The position numbers and the translations under genes are program-made. From a virus: a DNA stretch of 64,000 nucleotides. The notes beneath the pieces were generated by a model. The model ran no database searches. It was not told the DNA's origin and was given only the letters and a program-made list of their open reading frames with translations. This document shows, piece by piece, positions 26,284 through 35,681 of this stretch. Position 1 is the stretch's first letter; each line of letters starts with the position of its first letter. Location: positions 3,285-67,284 of the IMG/VR virus record IMGVR_UViG_3300008113_004357; one strand, given 5' to 3'.

Positions 26284-27437
26284 TCAAAATTGGCACCATC
26301 TACAGTTTGCAATTTGCGCCACGGGTCTATTACAATAGATCCATTAGGGAATTCTACATATTTTACCCATTCTTCCCAGTAACCAATGAGATATACTTCA
26401 GTCCACTCAGATTTTAAATCTAAATCGCCTGTGTTTTTATCATAATAATTTACATTGCCACCTAGCTGTTCAATGTAATGGCCTACTAATAAACTGGGGC
26501 TTCCGATAGTATAATGTACACCCGGTTTGTATGCTTTACCTACTATGGTAACATTTTTACCTTGAGAGATACATTTTTTAGCAATGCGTTCAGATTGTAC
26601 TTCTCTAGCTGTCATAATAGCATCGAATAAATCATACCCCAGGTCAAGCTTGTCAGCTAGATATCTTAATGCTATGTTATCTCTTGGATGGCATGCGCCG
26701 CCATCACCGAGTCCTGCTGTCATATATGCAGGCCCCATAATACGATAAGAACTTTTTGCCAATGCATTAGTGACAACATCAACATTGATATTTCCATTTG
26801 TTTCTGCAACATCTTGTATCATATTAACCAGTGCTAGTTTTGTACTGATAAAAGTATTGTAAAAGATTTTAATGCTTTCTGCTTCGTCCCAAGTCCCAAC
26901 TTCATACCGTGGGTTATTTTTCATAAGAGGGTTATAAAAATCAATTAACTCTTGTGCATCACCAGTTAAACTGCCGTCTTCTGTACCTATGATAACCATT
27001 TCAGGATTAATCATATCATACTTAACTGTACCCATGGCAATAAGATACGGATTATAGATAAAACGAGCATTAGTTATTAAGGGCTCTAATTGAGATCTTA
27101 CAGTACCTGGTAAAACTGTACTGATTAAAACAACTAGTTGTTTTTTGTTAACATGTCTATTAACTTCTTGTAAAATATTCTTAACAATAGTGTAATCAAA
27201 ATCTTTATTTGGTAAATGACTTGTCGGTGTTTCGCCGCCGTACATAGGGTCATGTGGTGTAGGTGCCGCAATAAAAATAAAATTGCTGTCTTCTACTGCA
27301 TCTTTTATTGAAGACATCATAGGAAAAGCAGGCGATCTAGGCTCAACGTCATAGCCTACTACTTGGTAGTGTTCTGCCATTACTTCGGCGCAATCTTGCC
27401 CAAGTTTTCCAACACCAATCATAGCAACTTTAGTCAT
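26244..27437 (-). CDS. ugd: UDP-glucose 6-dehydrogenase family protein, full length
   Basis: IGVGKLG, AAPTP, STVLPGT, YNP, AESIKIFYN, GGACHPRDN, GKAYKPG, IDPWR. Confidence 0.88.
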   Translation of the reverse strand: MTKVAMIGVGKLGQDCAEVMAEHYQVVGYDVEPRSPAFPMMSSIKDAVEDSNFIFIAAPTPHDPMYGGETPTSHLPNKDFDYTIVKNILQEVNRHVNKKQLVVLISTVLPGTVRSQLEPLITNARFIYNPYLIAMGTVKYDMINPEMVIIGTEDGSLTGDAQELIDFYNPLMKNNPRYEVGTWDEAESIKIFYNTFISTKLALVNMIQDVAETNGNINVDVVTNALAKSSYRIMGPAYMTAGLGDGGACHPRDNIALRYLADKLDLGYDLFDAIMTAREVQSERIAKKCISQGKNVTIVGKAYKPGVHYTIGSPSLLVGHYIEQLGGNVNYYDKNTGDLDLKSEWTEVYLIGYWEEWVKYVEFPNGSIVIDPWRKLQTVDGANFELIHYGNSRQKKN

Positions 27438-27466
27438 TTATATTCCTCAAAAAACTATTTATTAAG

Positions 27467-28264
27467 TTAAAACCAATCTATTTTTATTTCTTTATTCATC
27501 ACAACTGGAGGGTTATTAGCGTCTAAATTAAACGTGTGATGAATATCATCAACAGTTGGACAAGCTTTTAAAAGTTTAGTAGATTGTATAGCGTACTTGT
27601 AGGTTTCTTGTGATATGTCAAAACCCACTTTTTTTAAATATGCATAATATCTTGCCGGAGACGGATGGTAATCTTGAAATTTAATTCCCTGTTGCGGGTG
27701 ATCATAAACGTGCCCATGGTCCCAATGTCCTCTCATTTCTGTTTGAAATAAGTTAGGCAAACATATGCTAGTTACAGGTTTATATACATTCAATATTTTA
27801 CCAATATCTTGTGTTTCTTCATTTTGATAATTCCAAGGAACACTAGTAAGAAAAATATAATCACATGGCAAACTATCAAGTAATCCTTTGGTCAAACTTA
27901 CAACATTTAAATCTCTTAAAATATAGCCTTTTGTATCGCAGAATTTTTTAACAAAATTTTCAGGATAATATGCTTGAGTGAATATGTTTCCTGGTGTCTG
28001 CCAATGATCGTTTACGTATCTATCTTCTCTACAAAAAGTTGTCCACATTACCACAACTAGATCATCCTCTGTATAATTTAATTTAGTGTTACCTTCAGCT
28101 ACTTTATACGAAATAAAAGGGTTGCCAGCTCCAGATTTTCCTAGGTTAATAAACTCTGTGTCTGGCATAGTATGTGCAAGAATATCTGCCCAGGTTGGCC
28201 AAATATATTTTGTAAAACTACATCCAACTGTAATTAATCTTTTATATTTTTTTAAATTTAACAT
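27467..28264 (-). CDS. SGNH/GDSL-like protein
   Basis: TVGCSFT, GKSGAGN, DYHPS; TTG start overlaps the upstream stop. Confidence 0.7.
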   Translation of the reverse strand: MLNLKKYKRLITVGCSFTKYIWPTWADILAHTMPDTEFINLGKSGAGNPFISYKVAEGNTKLNYTEDDLVVVMWTTFCREDRYVNDHWQTPGNIFTQAYYPENFVKKFCDTKGYILRDLNVVSLTKGLLDSLPCDYIFLTSVPWNYQNEETQDIGKILNVYKPVTSICLPNLFQTEMRGHWDHGHVYDHPQQGIKFQDYHPSPARYYAYLKKVGFDISQETYKYAIQSTKLLKACPTVDDIHHTFNLDANNPPVVMNKEIKIDWF

Positions 28265-29397
28265 AATTTTGTTGTAAAGGTCGATTTTGAAAGCAAAGTA
28301 TCAAAATTATATTTGCATATAGATTTAGAAAAATCTAAAAACTCTGCTAGCTCAGTTGTATTTAAGTTAGATAAACGCTCAATTTCATCTACTATGGCTA
28401 TCATACGTTTTACATCGTCTTCAATAAGATCGTATGCTTCATTAATATACGGATGAAAAGTTTTATAACCTATAGACCTAATTGCTTCTAGACTGTTAGG
28501 TCTACTTACAATTATAAAAGGATGGAAATTTGCAATTGGTTTAAAAAGTTTTTCGCTTAAAAATCTTCCCTTTTCTAGAAAATCATAATAATTTGTTTCG
28601 CTTACTACACTAAAATAAGTTTCTTCATAAAATTTAGTAGTACTTTGCAATAAGGTAACATGGTTAATCTCCATGTCTGTCCTATCTACAAATAACTCTG
28701 GCAATGATAAAATTTTATCTTTATTATTTTTTAAAAACTCTAATTCTGTATAATGATTTCTATGGATATCTAAAATGTCGTTCCAAACTTTATCCCAAGT
28801 TTTGTTATCGTCCGATTTTGCTAAACTTACATATCCATAATCTAGCAAATTTCTAGCAGCCAAAAATGCTACTAACGCAGGTCGATGAAATCTCCATCTT
28901 CTGTTTAAATTTAAAAACTTTTTAGAATAATTTTTTATATTAAGAGTATCCGGTAAAACATAACCCATACTAGTTACATCGCACTTTGTTGATAGTTCAA
29001 AAACTCTTGACCATTCGGATGTAATAGGTTTACAATTATATTTTTTAGATACTATACCAATTTCAACAGCTATATCCGCAGACTCGCTTAATAGTAATAT
29101 TTGTTCTTCGGGAATTTTAAATTTAATAACAACAAATTTATAAATTCCATCAACTACAGAATGAAACGCTTCATGGCTGTTATTTAAAATTAACTTGATT
29201 CGTTTACGTCGAATTGAAATCAAAATATTAGACGGAACAACTTTGTTTAAATGCTCAAGTCCTTCACCTGTCATAAAGTCGACACAAAAATACTGTGCAT
29301 CATTAAACTTTCTCATTCGAGGAAGAACAGTTTCGTCCCGCATAGAGATTTCACTATTTCCGTCAATATAAGGAACTACGTTGTTTACTATAGACAT
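28258..29397 (-). CDS. Putative glycosyltransferase (family B), paralog 3
   Basis: KKFLNLNRRWRFHR, FSVVSET, FLSEKLFKPI..FHPFII, GYKTFHPYINEAYD. Confidence 0.6.
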   Translation of the reverse strand: MSIVNNVVPYIDGNSEISMRDETVLPRMRKFNDAQYFCVDFMTGEGLEHLNKVVPSNILISIRRKRIKLILNNSHEAFHSVVDGIYKFVVIKFKIPEEQILLLSESADIAVEIGIVSKKYNCKPITSEWSRVFELSTKCDVTSMGYVLPDTLNIKNYSKKFLNLNRRWRFHRPALVAFLAARNLLDYGYVSLAKSDDNKTWDKVWNDILDIHRNHYTELEFLKNNKDKILSLPELFVDRTDMEINHVTLLQSTTKFYEETYFSVVSETNYYDFLEKGRFLSEKLFKPIANFHPFIIVSRPNSLEAIRSIGYKTFHPYINEAYDLIEDDVKRMIAIVDEIERLSNLNTTELAEFLDFSKSICKYNFDTLLSKSTFTTKLC

Positions 29398-30363
29398 TTA
29401 AATCATTTCAAATTTAGGAATTATAATATCTGTTCCGCAATGGCAATGTTCTTTACCGCACATAATCTTTTTAGGACCAACTGCACTAATATCTTGCAAT
29501 ATATGACCAATTTTGTCGCCTTGGCCGCAACTGGCTAAACTTACATCACCTGACGGATTTATAAAGATTGAGTCTCCAACACTACATATCCAATCTTTAA
29601 AAAAGTTTTGGCCGTTAACAATAATCTCATTACTATTAGTCGGAGATTTTGTTCCGTCAGAATATCTATTATAACTTACTGCTTTACTTTCTTTGCGAGG
29701 TTTATTAATAGTAAAATTCATTTCTACATTATGTTCATCAATAAACTTTTTCTTTTCAGGATCTTTGTATTCCCACGGTCCAGCGTTAACACTCATTTCA
29801 TCAAACAACGGAGTCCATTCAATAAAATAGTTAGGCATTACAGTTTTCAAATGCTCGCCATATTCTACAACTTCCCAAAATCTTTCTTCGTGCATTAACA
29901 TTTTTGTACAAAGGTAATTTACTTTATCGCAGAGAAAAATGTTGTTTTCTTTATATTTTTCTTTGTCAGAAAATTCTACATGAAAACTAGCTACTATGTC
30001 ATCAAAGAGGTGATAATGTTTTTCCCACCAGGCCAAAGGTCTACTGAGGTTAGTATTAACTGCTAGGGTGCAATTAGGCAACTGTTCTCTTAACCATTCG
30101 CAAATGGGAATAAAATTTTTCCACGCAGTTGGTTCTCCGCCGCTAAAGAAAAACTTATAATGTTTGTACCCAACACTTTTATACCTATCAATAATAATTT
30201 TAAGATTTTTTAAATAGACATCTAAATTATCGTCATTGCGAAAATTTCCTCCCCAGTTGCCGGGATTACAATAACTACATTTAAAATTACAAAAATTATT
30301 AACTTGCCATGTAACCGCTAGATAAGGCTCAGGAGCAAATATAGATATTAATTTTTTGCCCAT
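29398..30363 (-). CDS. Radical SAM protein with a C-terminal Cys-rich twitch-like domain
   Basis: CNFKCSYC, SGGEPT, C-terminal C..G...SC...C..C.CGTD. Confidence 0.9.
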   Translation of the reverse strand: MGKKLISIFAPEPYLAVTWQVNNFCNFKCSYCNPGNWGGNFRNDDNLDVYLKNLKIIIDRYKSVGYKHYKFFFSGGEPTAWKNFIPICEWLREQLPNCTLAVNTNLSRPLAWWEKHYHLFDDIVASFHVEFSDKEKYKENNIFLCDKVNYLCTKMLMHEERFWEVVEYGEHLKTVMPNYFIEWTPLFDEMSVNAGPWEYKDPEKKKFIDEHNVEMNFTINKPRKESKAVSYNRYSDGTKSPTNSNEIIVNGQNFFKDWICSVGDSIFINPSGDVSLASCGQGDKIGHILQDISAVGPKKIMCGKEHCHCGTDIIIPKFEMI

Positions 30364-31607
30364 CTATAGACCTCTTTAAGTTCTGGAATAACATCTAAAA
30401 TACTTTCGTTGCGAGCGGCGTCTAACTCGTCATTAAATTTAATAAACTCTTGTATACCACCTTTGTTAGGATCTCCGCTTTTTAAATTTTGACTTATCAT
30501 TTTAAACCCGTTGCTAATCTCAGGATTATACGAATACTTGTGAATGTATTCTCGATATAATCTACCTAACTTTTCTTTTGAGAATTCAGGGAGAATCATA
30601 ATATTGGAATACCAAGGACTGGTAGCAAGATTAAATCTAGGCACAGTATTCTTGTCAATTAGTTCGTTGTCGATCAAGTAGTCAAAGAATTTAGGAAATT
30701 GAAATACGTTCCAAATACTAATAGTAGGAGTTATTTGGAACTGTGCGTGGGGTACTAGTTCTTTTAGTTCTCTTAAGTTTTTCTCTATCCTATCCCAATC
30801 AGTACCTTTACGAATTAATTCGCTATGTGGTCCCATGCCGTCTAGGCTAGCCCAAATAATTAAGTTAGGAAATTTTTTCCAATAATCAATTAAGTCTTTA
30901 TCTTTAAACTTAAGGCTGCTAAAGTTTGTTGTATAACTTAACTCAATAGTTTCATTTATACCATTTTCAATCCAGTAGTCTAAACACTCATAATGTTCTG
31001 GAGTGATAATAATTTCGCCGCCTGCAAAATATACTTCAACTACATCTTTAAGGTACGGTTTTAATTTAGTCATTAACACTTGATCATCGTTGTTACTAAC
31101 TACCATTTTAGTCATGTTAAAATGTTTGTTTAAAACTTCAACACCTTTTTGGTCAATAAATTCCTGTGCCCATTGACTAGAACAGCTTGGTCCGCAACTA
31201 CGACATTTCATATTGCAGAGATTACTAAAACGAATGTCCATGTACTTTAACTTAAATTCGTTTAAACTTCCATCGTCATTAGTGTCCTCAACTGTGTCAA
31301 CAAAATCAAGTCCTCTGCGTCTGTTATGACTTTGTCTCATAGTCCACGTGCCTAATTTTTCGAGATCGTAGCATCGTTGGCATGCTTCAACTGGTTCGTC
31401 ATTGAGCATGTTTAATCGCATTTTCTTATACTCTTCACTGTTCATCATTTCAAGTATAGATTCATTTGATTTGATTTCACCTACTGGTTTATTACTGTCA
31501 GCTACACAGCATGGCAACACCCTGCGATCTGGCCAGGCATGAAAATGAATCCAAGGAAGGATACAAAAGTGTTTTCCATTTTCAACAAGCTCTGTTACGT
31601 TTTTCAT
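30348..31607 (-). CDS. Radical SAM protein with an N-terminal SPASM/twitch-like Cys cluster
   Basis: FCILPW...PCC...CQRCY, then SNLCNMKCRSC and FAGGE. Confidence 0.9.
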   Translation of the reverse strand: MKNVTELVENGKHFCILPWIHFHAWPDRRVLPCCVADSNKPVGEIKSNESILEMMNSEEYKKMRLNMLNDEPVEACQRCYDLEKLGTWTMRQSHNRRRGLDFVDTVEDTNDDGSLNEFKLKYMDIRFSNLCNMKCRSCGPSCSSQWAQEFIDQKGVEVLNKHFNMTKMVVSNNDDQVLMTKLKPYLKDVVEVYFAGGEIIITPEHYECLDYWIENGINETIELSYTTNFSSLKFKDKDLIDYWKKFPNLIIWASLDGMGPHSELIRKGTDWDRIEKNLRELKELVPHAQFQITPTISIWNVFQFPKFFDYLIDNELIDKNTVPRFNLATSPWYSNIMILPEFSKEKLGRLYREYIHKYSYNPEISNGFKMISQNLKSGDPNKGGIQEFIKFNDELDAARNESILDVIPELKEVYRWAKN

Positions 31608-31609
31608 TG

Positions 31610-32848
31610 TTACTCCGTTAGATTCATAAGTCTATTTAATTCTGGGAAAGTTTTAATGAAACTTTCACCTCTAATTTTATCAGTTGACAAGACATGCATA
31701 AAAAATGTCTTTTTATTTTCATCCCAAGTGTTGCTTTCATCTGCAAATTTTATTGCATCTGTTACAAGATTGTTTAACAGCACCCATTCAGGACCGTTAG
31801 AAGATATAAATTTTTCTGCATTTTCTTTTGCAGCTGCCTTTAAAATTTTTGGCATACTTTTAGCAGAATAATAACTAGGATGAACGGCAAGATATAAACT
31901 GTGATACCAGTCGTCCAATCTTACAATATTTTTTTCCTTAAGATAGTTATAAAAATCTCCAATAGTCAGATAATTGAAAATACTGAATACTGTGTTTATT
32001 TGAAAATGTACATAGTCTAATTGTCTAAAAGTAAGCAGGTTACTTTCAACTTTACCCCAATCTGTACCGTGACGTAACCACTCTGCTCGTTCGCCGTAAT
32101 GGTCAATTGAACAGCTTAATTCAACACGTTTAAAATGTTTCCACAAGTCTAGTATGTCATGATTTTTATATTTAATATTGCTGGCATTAGTGTTATAACG
32201 TAAAGTTACATCAGTTCTACCCTTACGAATCATTTCTTCAAGGATAGTGTAGTGCTCATCTGTGATTAAAGGTTCGCCTCCAGCAAAGTAAGCAAGATCG
32301 ATGTGTTCAATGTGTGTTAGTACTTCATTAAGCAAATCGCCTTTACCGTCATCGGCATGAATAACTATAGGATGATTAGGATCAAAATTTGCTTTTTGTT
32401 CGGCGGCCCATTGACTGCTAAATTCAGCACCACAGGTTCTACATTTAAAATTACAAATATTACTAAAACGTATGTCGTAATATTTCATTTTAAAATCTGG
32501 CATTGTGCCATCTACTTGTGTTTGTGGCACTAGTTCGTCAAAATCTTTTCCCCAATGTTCTTTGCTATAATTTCTAAAACTGTGAGGACCTGCTTCTTCA
32601 TGCTTATAACAAAACGTACAAATTTCACTTTTAGTTTCGTTTAACATGTTAAGACGAATAGTTTTCATCTTGTCGTTATTAAACGCATCTTTTAATGTTG
32701 TTTGCTTTGTATTACCAAATGGAGTAGTATAGTTGTTACTACAGCAAGGGTATATGTCTCCTTTTGGTGTTACATTTAAATGCATCCATGGAAACATGCA
32801 AAATACTTTGCTTTCATTTAATAAAAAATCTTTATCTATATTGTTCAT
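31610..32848 (-). CDS. Radical SAM protein with an N-terminal SPASM/twitch-like Cys cluster
   Basis: FCMFPW...PCC...CTFCY, then SNICNFKCRTC and FAGGEP. Confidence 0.9.
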   Translation of the reverse strand: MNNIDKDFLLNESKVFCMFPWMHLNVTPKGDIYPCCSNNYTTPFGNTKQTTLKDAFNNDKMKTIRLNMLNETKSEICTFCYKHEEAGPHSFRNYSKEHWGKDFDELVPQTQVDGTMPDFKMKYYDIRFSNICNFKCRTCGAEFSSQWAAEQKANFDPNHPIVIHADDGKGDLLNEVLTHIEHIDLAYFAGGEPLITDEHYTILEEMIRKGRTDVTLRYNTNASNIKYKNHDILDLWKHFKRVELSCSIDHYGERAEWLRHGTDWGKVESNLLTFRQLDYVHFQINTVFSIFNYLTIGDFYNYLKEKNIVRLDDWYHSLYLAVHPSYYSAKSMPKILKAAAKENAEKFISSNGPEWVLLNNLVTDAIKFADESNTWDENKKTFFMHVLSTDKIRGESFIKTFPELNRLMNLTE

Positions 32849-34220
32849 TGGCTATTTCGCAAAGTTTGTAAAAGCTTTCCATTTCTGGAAATGCTTGTAA
32901 AAAGTTAGTATCTCGTCTTTTATCCATGGCGCTAAACCAATTGAAAAAATCTTTTCGACCTTCAACTAATTTTTCCATAGTATAATTTGTTGACTCCATA
33001 TAATCGACTACACGTTTAAATTTTTCATATTCAACGCTGGTAAACTTATCGCTGGCATTATCGTCAACATTCTCTTCCATAAATTTAAGATGCTCGTGCA
33101 TATAGGGCATAAACTCTTGTTTTGGTAGTATGTTCATATCATATTGAATAGGATCTCTGAGATAGGGTGTGTCAAATCTTACGCGATGTTCTTTACGATC
33201 CTCGTACCATCCATATTGTTTACGCCATTCAAGAATTTTTTCTAATAAAGATTTAAATGTTGTTACACTTAAAATATTAAATGTAATCATAAAAGTTATC
33301 GGACTAGTAGTATTTGTAAGATATGTGTGAAAATTTTGTTCCCATAACGAAAGATCTAAACCTGTACGAATGTACTCAGCACGAGGACCCCATGTGTCCA
33401 TACTAGTAAACAATTTAAAATTTTTAATTTTATCGTTAACTTTTAAATTTTCAACTTCGGTAGATAATCGATCTACTAAACTGCTCTTGACACCAAGATT
33501 ACTGTTAACATTAAGTTCAAGCCAGGGCATTGGTTCTTTGTTAATTTTATCTAATAATCTCCACGTGCTTACGTGCATCAATGGCTCTCCGCCAGTAACA
33601 CGCATAATATTCAATGTCTTACGTAACTGAGGCCACCAACGCCAAAACGCATCTACATATGGATTATCTTCTTCTCGACTATACAGCTTCATCCAGTCAA
33701 TGTCGCAACGATGATTTTTAACTGTGGTCACTGGACCGTGTTCTTTAATCTCATTAAAGAATCTTGAACTGTATTTGGGATGGCAGTATCCGCATTTGAA
33801 ATTACATTCATTGCCAAAATTGATTTCAATATACTCAGGATTAATGTTTTGGTCCCAAGAGCCTTTGGCTGTTTGCTCGTAGCGTTCTTCCGTAAAAATA
33901 CTGGCATTGCGAATATGTCTATCGCTAATATAATCGGGACCCATTGCTTCGATGTTCCAGCAGTATTGACAACCTTCGGGCTTTTTGCCTTCTAGCATCA
34001 TTTTACGTTCTTGCTTCTTATGTTCAGTGTTGTGCAACGCACTGGGATTGTCAAATACTTCAATTAAAGGAATCTTATGAGGAGCAGGATGATAACAACT
34101 ATGTGTTTCTCCTGTTTGTAGATACATGGTCACGTGATGCCATTTGGCTAGACAAAATGTAGAGCTTACTTCATTCTCTACTTTAATCTTGATTGTTTTG
34201 ATCTTTTCTTGTTCATTCAT
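32832..34220 (-). CDS. Radical SAM protein with an N-terminal Cys/His cluster
   Basis: FCLAKW...HSCYHP...CQYCW, then CNFKCGYC and TGGEP. Confidence 0.9.
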   Translation of the reverse strand: MNEQEKIKTIKIKVENEVSSTFCLAKWHHVTMYLQTGETHSCYHPAPHKIPLIEVFDNPSALHNTEHKKQERKMMLEGKKPEGCQYCWNIEAMGPDYISDRHIRNASIFTEERYEQTAKGSWDQNINPEYIEINFGNECNFKCGYCHPKYSSRFFNEIKEHGPVTTVKNHRCDIDWMKLYSREEDNPYVDAFWRWWPQLRKTLNIMRVTGGEPLMHVSTWRLLDKINKEPMPWLELNVNSNLGVKSSLVDRLSTEVENLKVNDKIKNFKLFTSMDTWGPRAEYIRTGLDLSLWEQNFHTYLTNTTSPITFMITFNILSVTTFKSLLEKILEWRKQYGWYEDRKEHRVRFDTPYLRDPIQYDMNILPKQEFMPYMHEHLKFMEENVDDNASDKFTSVEYEKFKRVVDYMESTNYTMEKLVEGRKDFFNWFSAMDKRRDTNFLQAFPEMESFYKLCEIANEQYR

Positions 34221-35113
34221 TTGAAATAGTTTCTCAGTGTATCGTGCATTTTTTTATAGTAAATAGATCCATCAGCATCAAGGTCAGCAATTTCAATTCC
34301 GTGTGCTTGCTTGATTTCGTTACCGTAAAATTTAATTTTTTCTTCTGCATGATCAATAGTTTTATCTGACCATTGTTCTTTCCAATACTCAGTTAAGTAC
34401 TCAAAATCTCTTACGTTAGCGTACTCCCAATTTGTACAATTTGTAAGATAGCAGCCTTCTCTGGCGCCTAGCAGACTGTACAAACCATTATCAACATCAC
34501 GCCCAACAGAGCACCATGTAATTAATCTATAATAGTTTTCCCACCAAATTTGTTTTTTCATATCCGTAACTTTGGCACCTTGGTCTAGGCTCATCTTTAC
34601 ACCTTCACGAAAGCCCGCTCGCCATGCTTGAAATGGCGTAGCATTAGTAAAGGTAGTGCTATAATTGCCCCCAAACTGATGATACCTATGATCAAAACAA
34701 AACTCTACTAAACCTTTATGATCTGCAGGGTCTGAATTTTCATGGGTTTTCATTTCGTTGACAAATTTACGTGTCCACATTTTAAGGCCACCATTGCCAT
34801 ACATAAGATGATTGACATGTACACGACCAGCCCAGCTAAAAACATAGCTATCATCAAAACCTAGTTCGTCTAAATCAACAACTACTTGAAAAAATTTACT
34901 GTCAACAATATTGTCAGCATCAACAGTGACAAAATATTCTGTTTCACTTTTTGCAGCACAAGCTTTATGTGCGGCGTCGCTGCCTTTGACTCCGTGTACA
35001 CGTTTAGCCCATGGCACTTTCTTTAATAGGTCAGCATAATTTTTTTCAGCATTAGGTTCATCATAACTTAAAAATACAATGTCCTGATCAATGACTTTAA
35101 TTTTATTACTCAT
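34217..35113 (-). CDS. Putative glycosyltransferase-like protein (family A, paralog 3)
   Basis: FLSYDEPNAEKNY, RVHGVKGSDAAH, TVDADN, YGNGG, AWRAGFREGVKMSL. Confidence 0.65.
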   Translation of the reverse strand: MSNKIKVIDQDIVFLSYDEPNAEKNYADLLKKVPWAKRVHGVKGSDAAHKACAAKSETEYFVTVDADNIVDSKFFQVVVDLDELGFDDSYVFSWAGRVHVNHLMYGNGGLKMWTRKFVNEMKTHENSDPADHKGLVEFCFDHRYHQFGGNYSTTFTNATPFQAWRAGFREGVKMSLDQGAKVTDMKKQIWWENYYRLITWCSVGRDVDNGLYSLLGAREGCYLTNCTNWEYANVRDFEYLTEYWKEQWSDKTIDHAEEKIKFYGNEIKQAHGIEIADLDADGSIYYKKMHDTLRNYFK

Positions 35114-35681
35114 ATTTTTCCTTAATTCCGTAATTAGGAAATCTTTTTAATGTTGCTACACTTATTTGTCCGAGATTCTCTTCGTAATTAGTTTCAAAAC
35201 TGTAATCTATCTTACCGTCAATAATATTACTAGCGTCAACTGTAAAATATCTGTACAAATAATGTGGGTCGTCTTTTTTACAAATATAAAATGTAATTGG
35301 AGGCAATACTTCTAATTTTTCTAACGCTTCTTCATCAAAATATACTGTCCATTTATGATCAATTGTGTTGTGCTCAAGTATAACAGTATCATTAACATTG
35401 TATGTTAGAGGTAAAATTTGAAATAATGGCTTACTGTATTCTACAGTATCATTTTCAGAAATTCTAATACCTTTACTTAAATTATAAAAATATTCTATAT
35501 TATATTTTCTAAAATCTTTTTTACCATTAATAAAATCATCTATCAAAAAAAGATCAATTTCAAATACTTTATACTTGTCTTCTTTAACATTACTCAATAA
35601 ATGTACAGTACCTTCATTGTCATAATGAACATAGAAAGAATTATATACCATTCCTGATGTTGAACGTTCTTTTCTACTCAT
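35106..35681 (-). CDS. Hypothetical protein
   Basis: Overlaps both neighbours; 191 aa. Confidence 0.65.
   Translation of the reverse strand: MSRKERSTSGMVYNSFYVHYDNEGTVHLLSNVKEDKYKVFEIDLFLIDDFINGKKDFRKYNIEYFYNLSKGIRISENDTVEYSKPLFQILPLTYNVNDTVILEHNTIDHKWTVYFDEEALEKLEVLPPITFYICKKDDPHYLYRYFTVDASNIIDGKIDYSFETNYEENLGQISVATLKRFPNYGIKEKYE

Noticed and set aside
29398-34220. RiPP (ranthipeptide/sactipeptide) cluster
   Set aside because: No precursor peptide, RRE domain, protease or exporter is visible; the neighbours are sugar enzymes.
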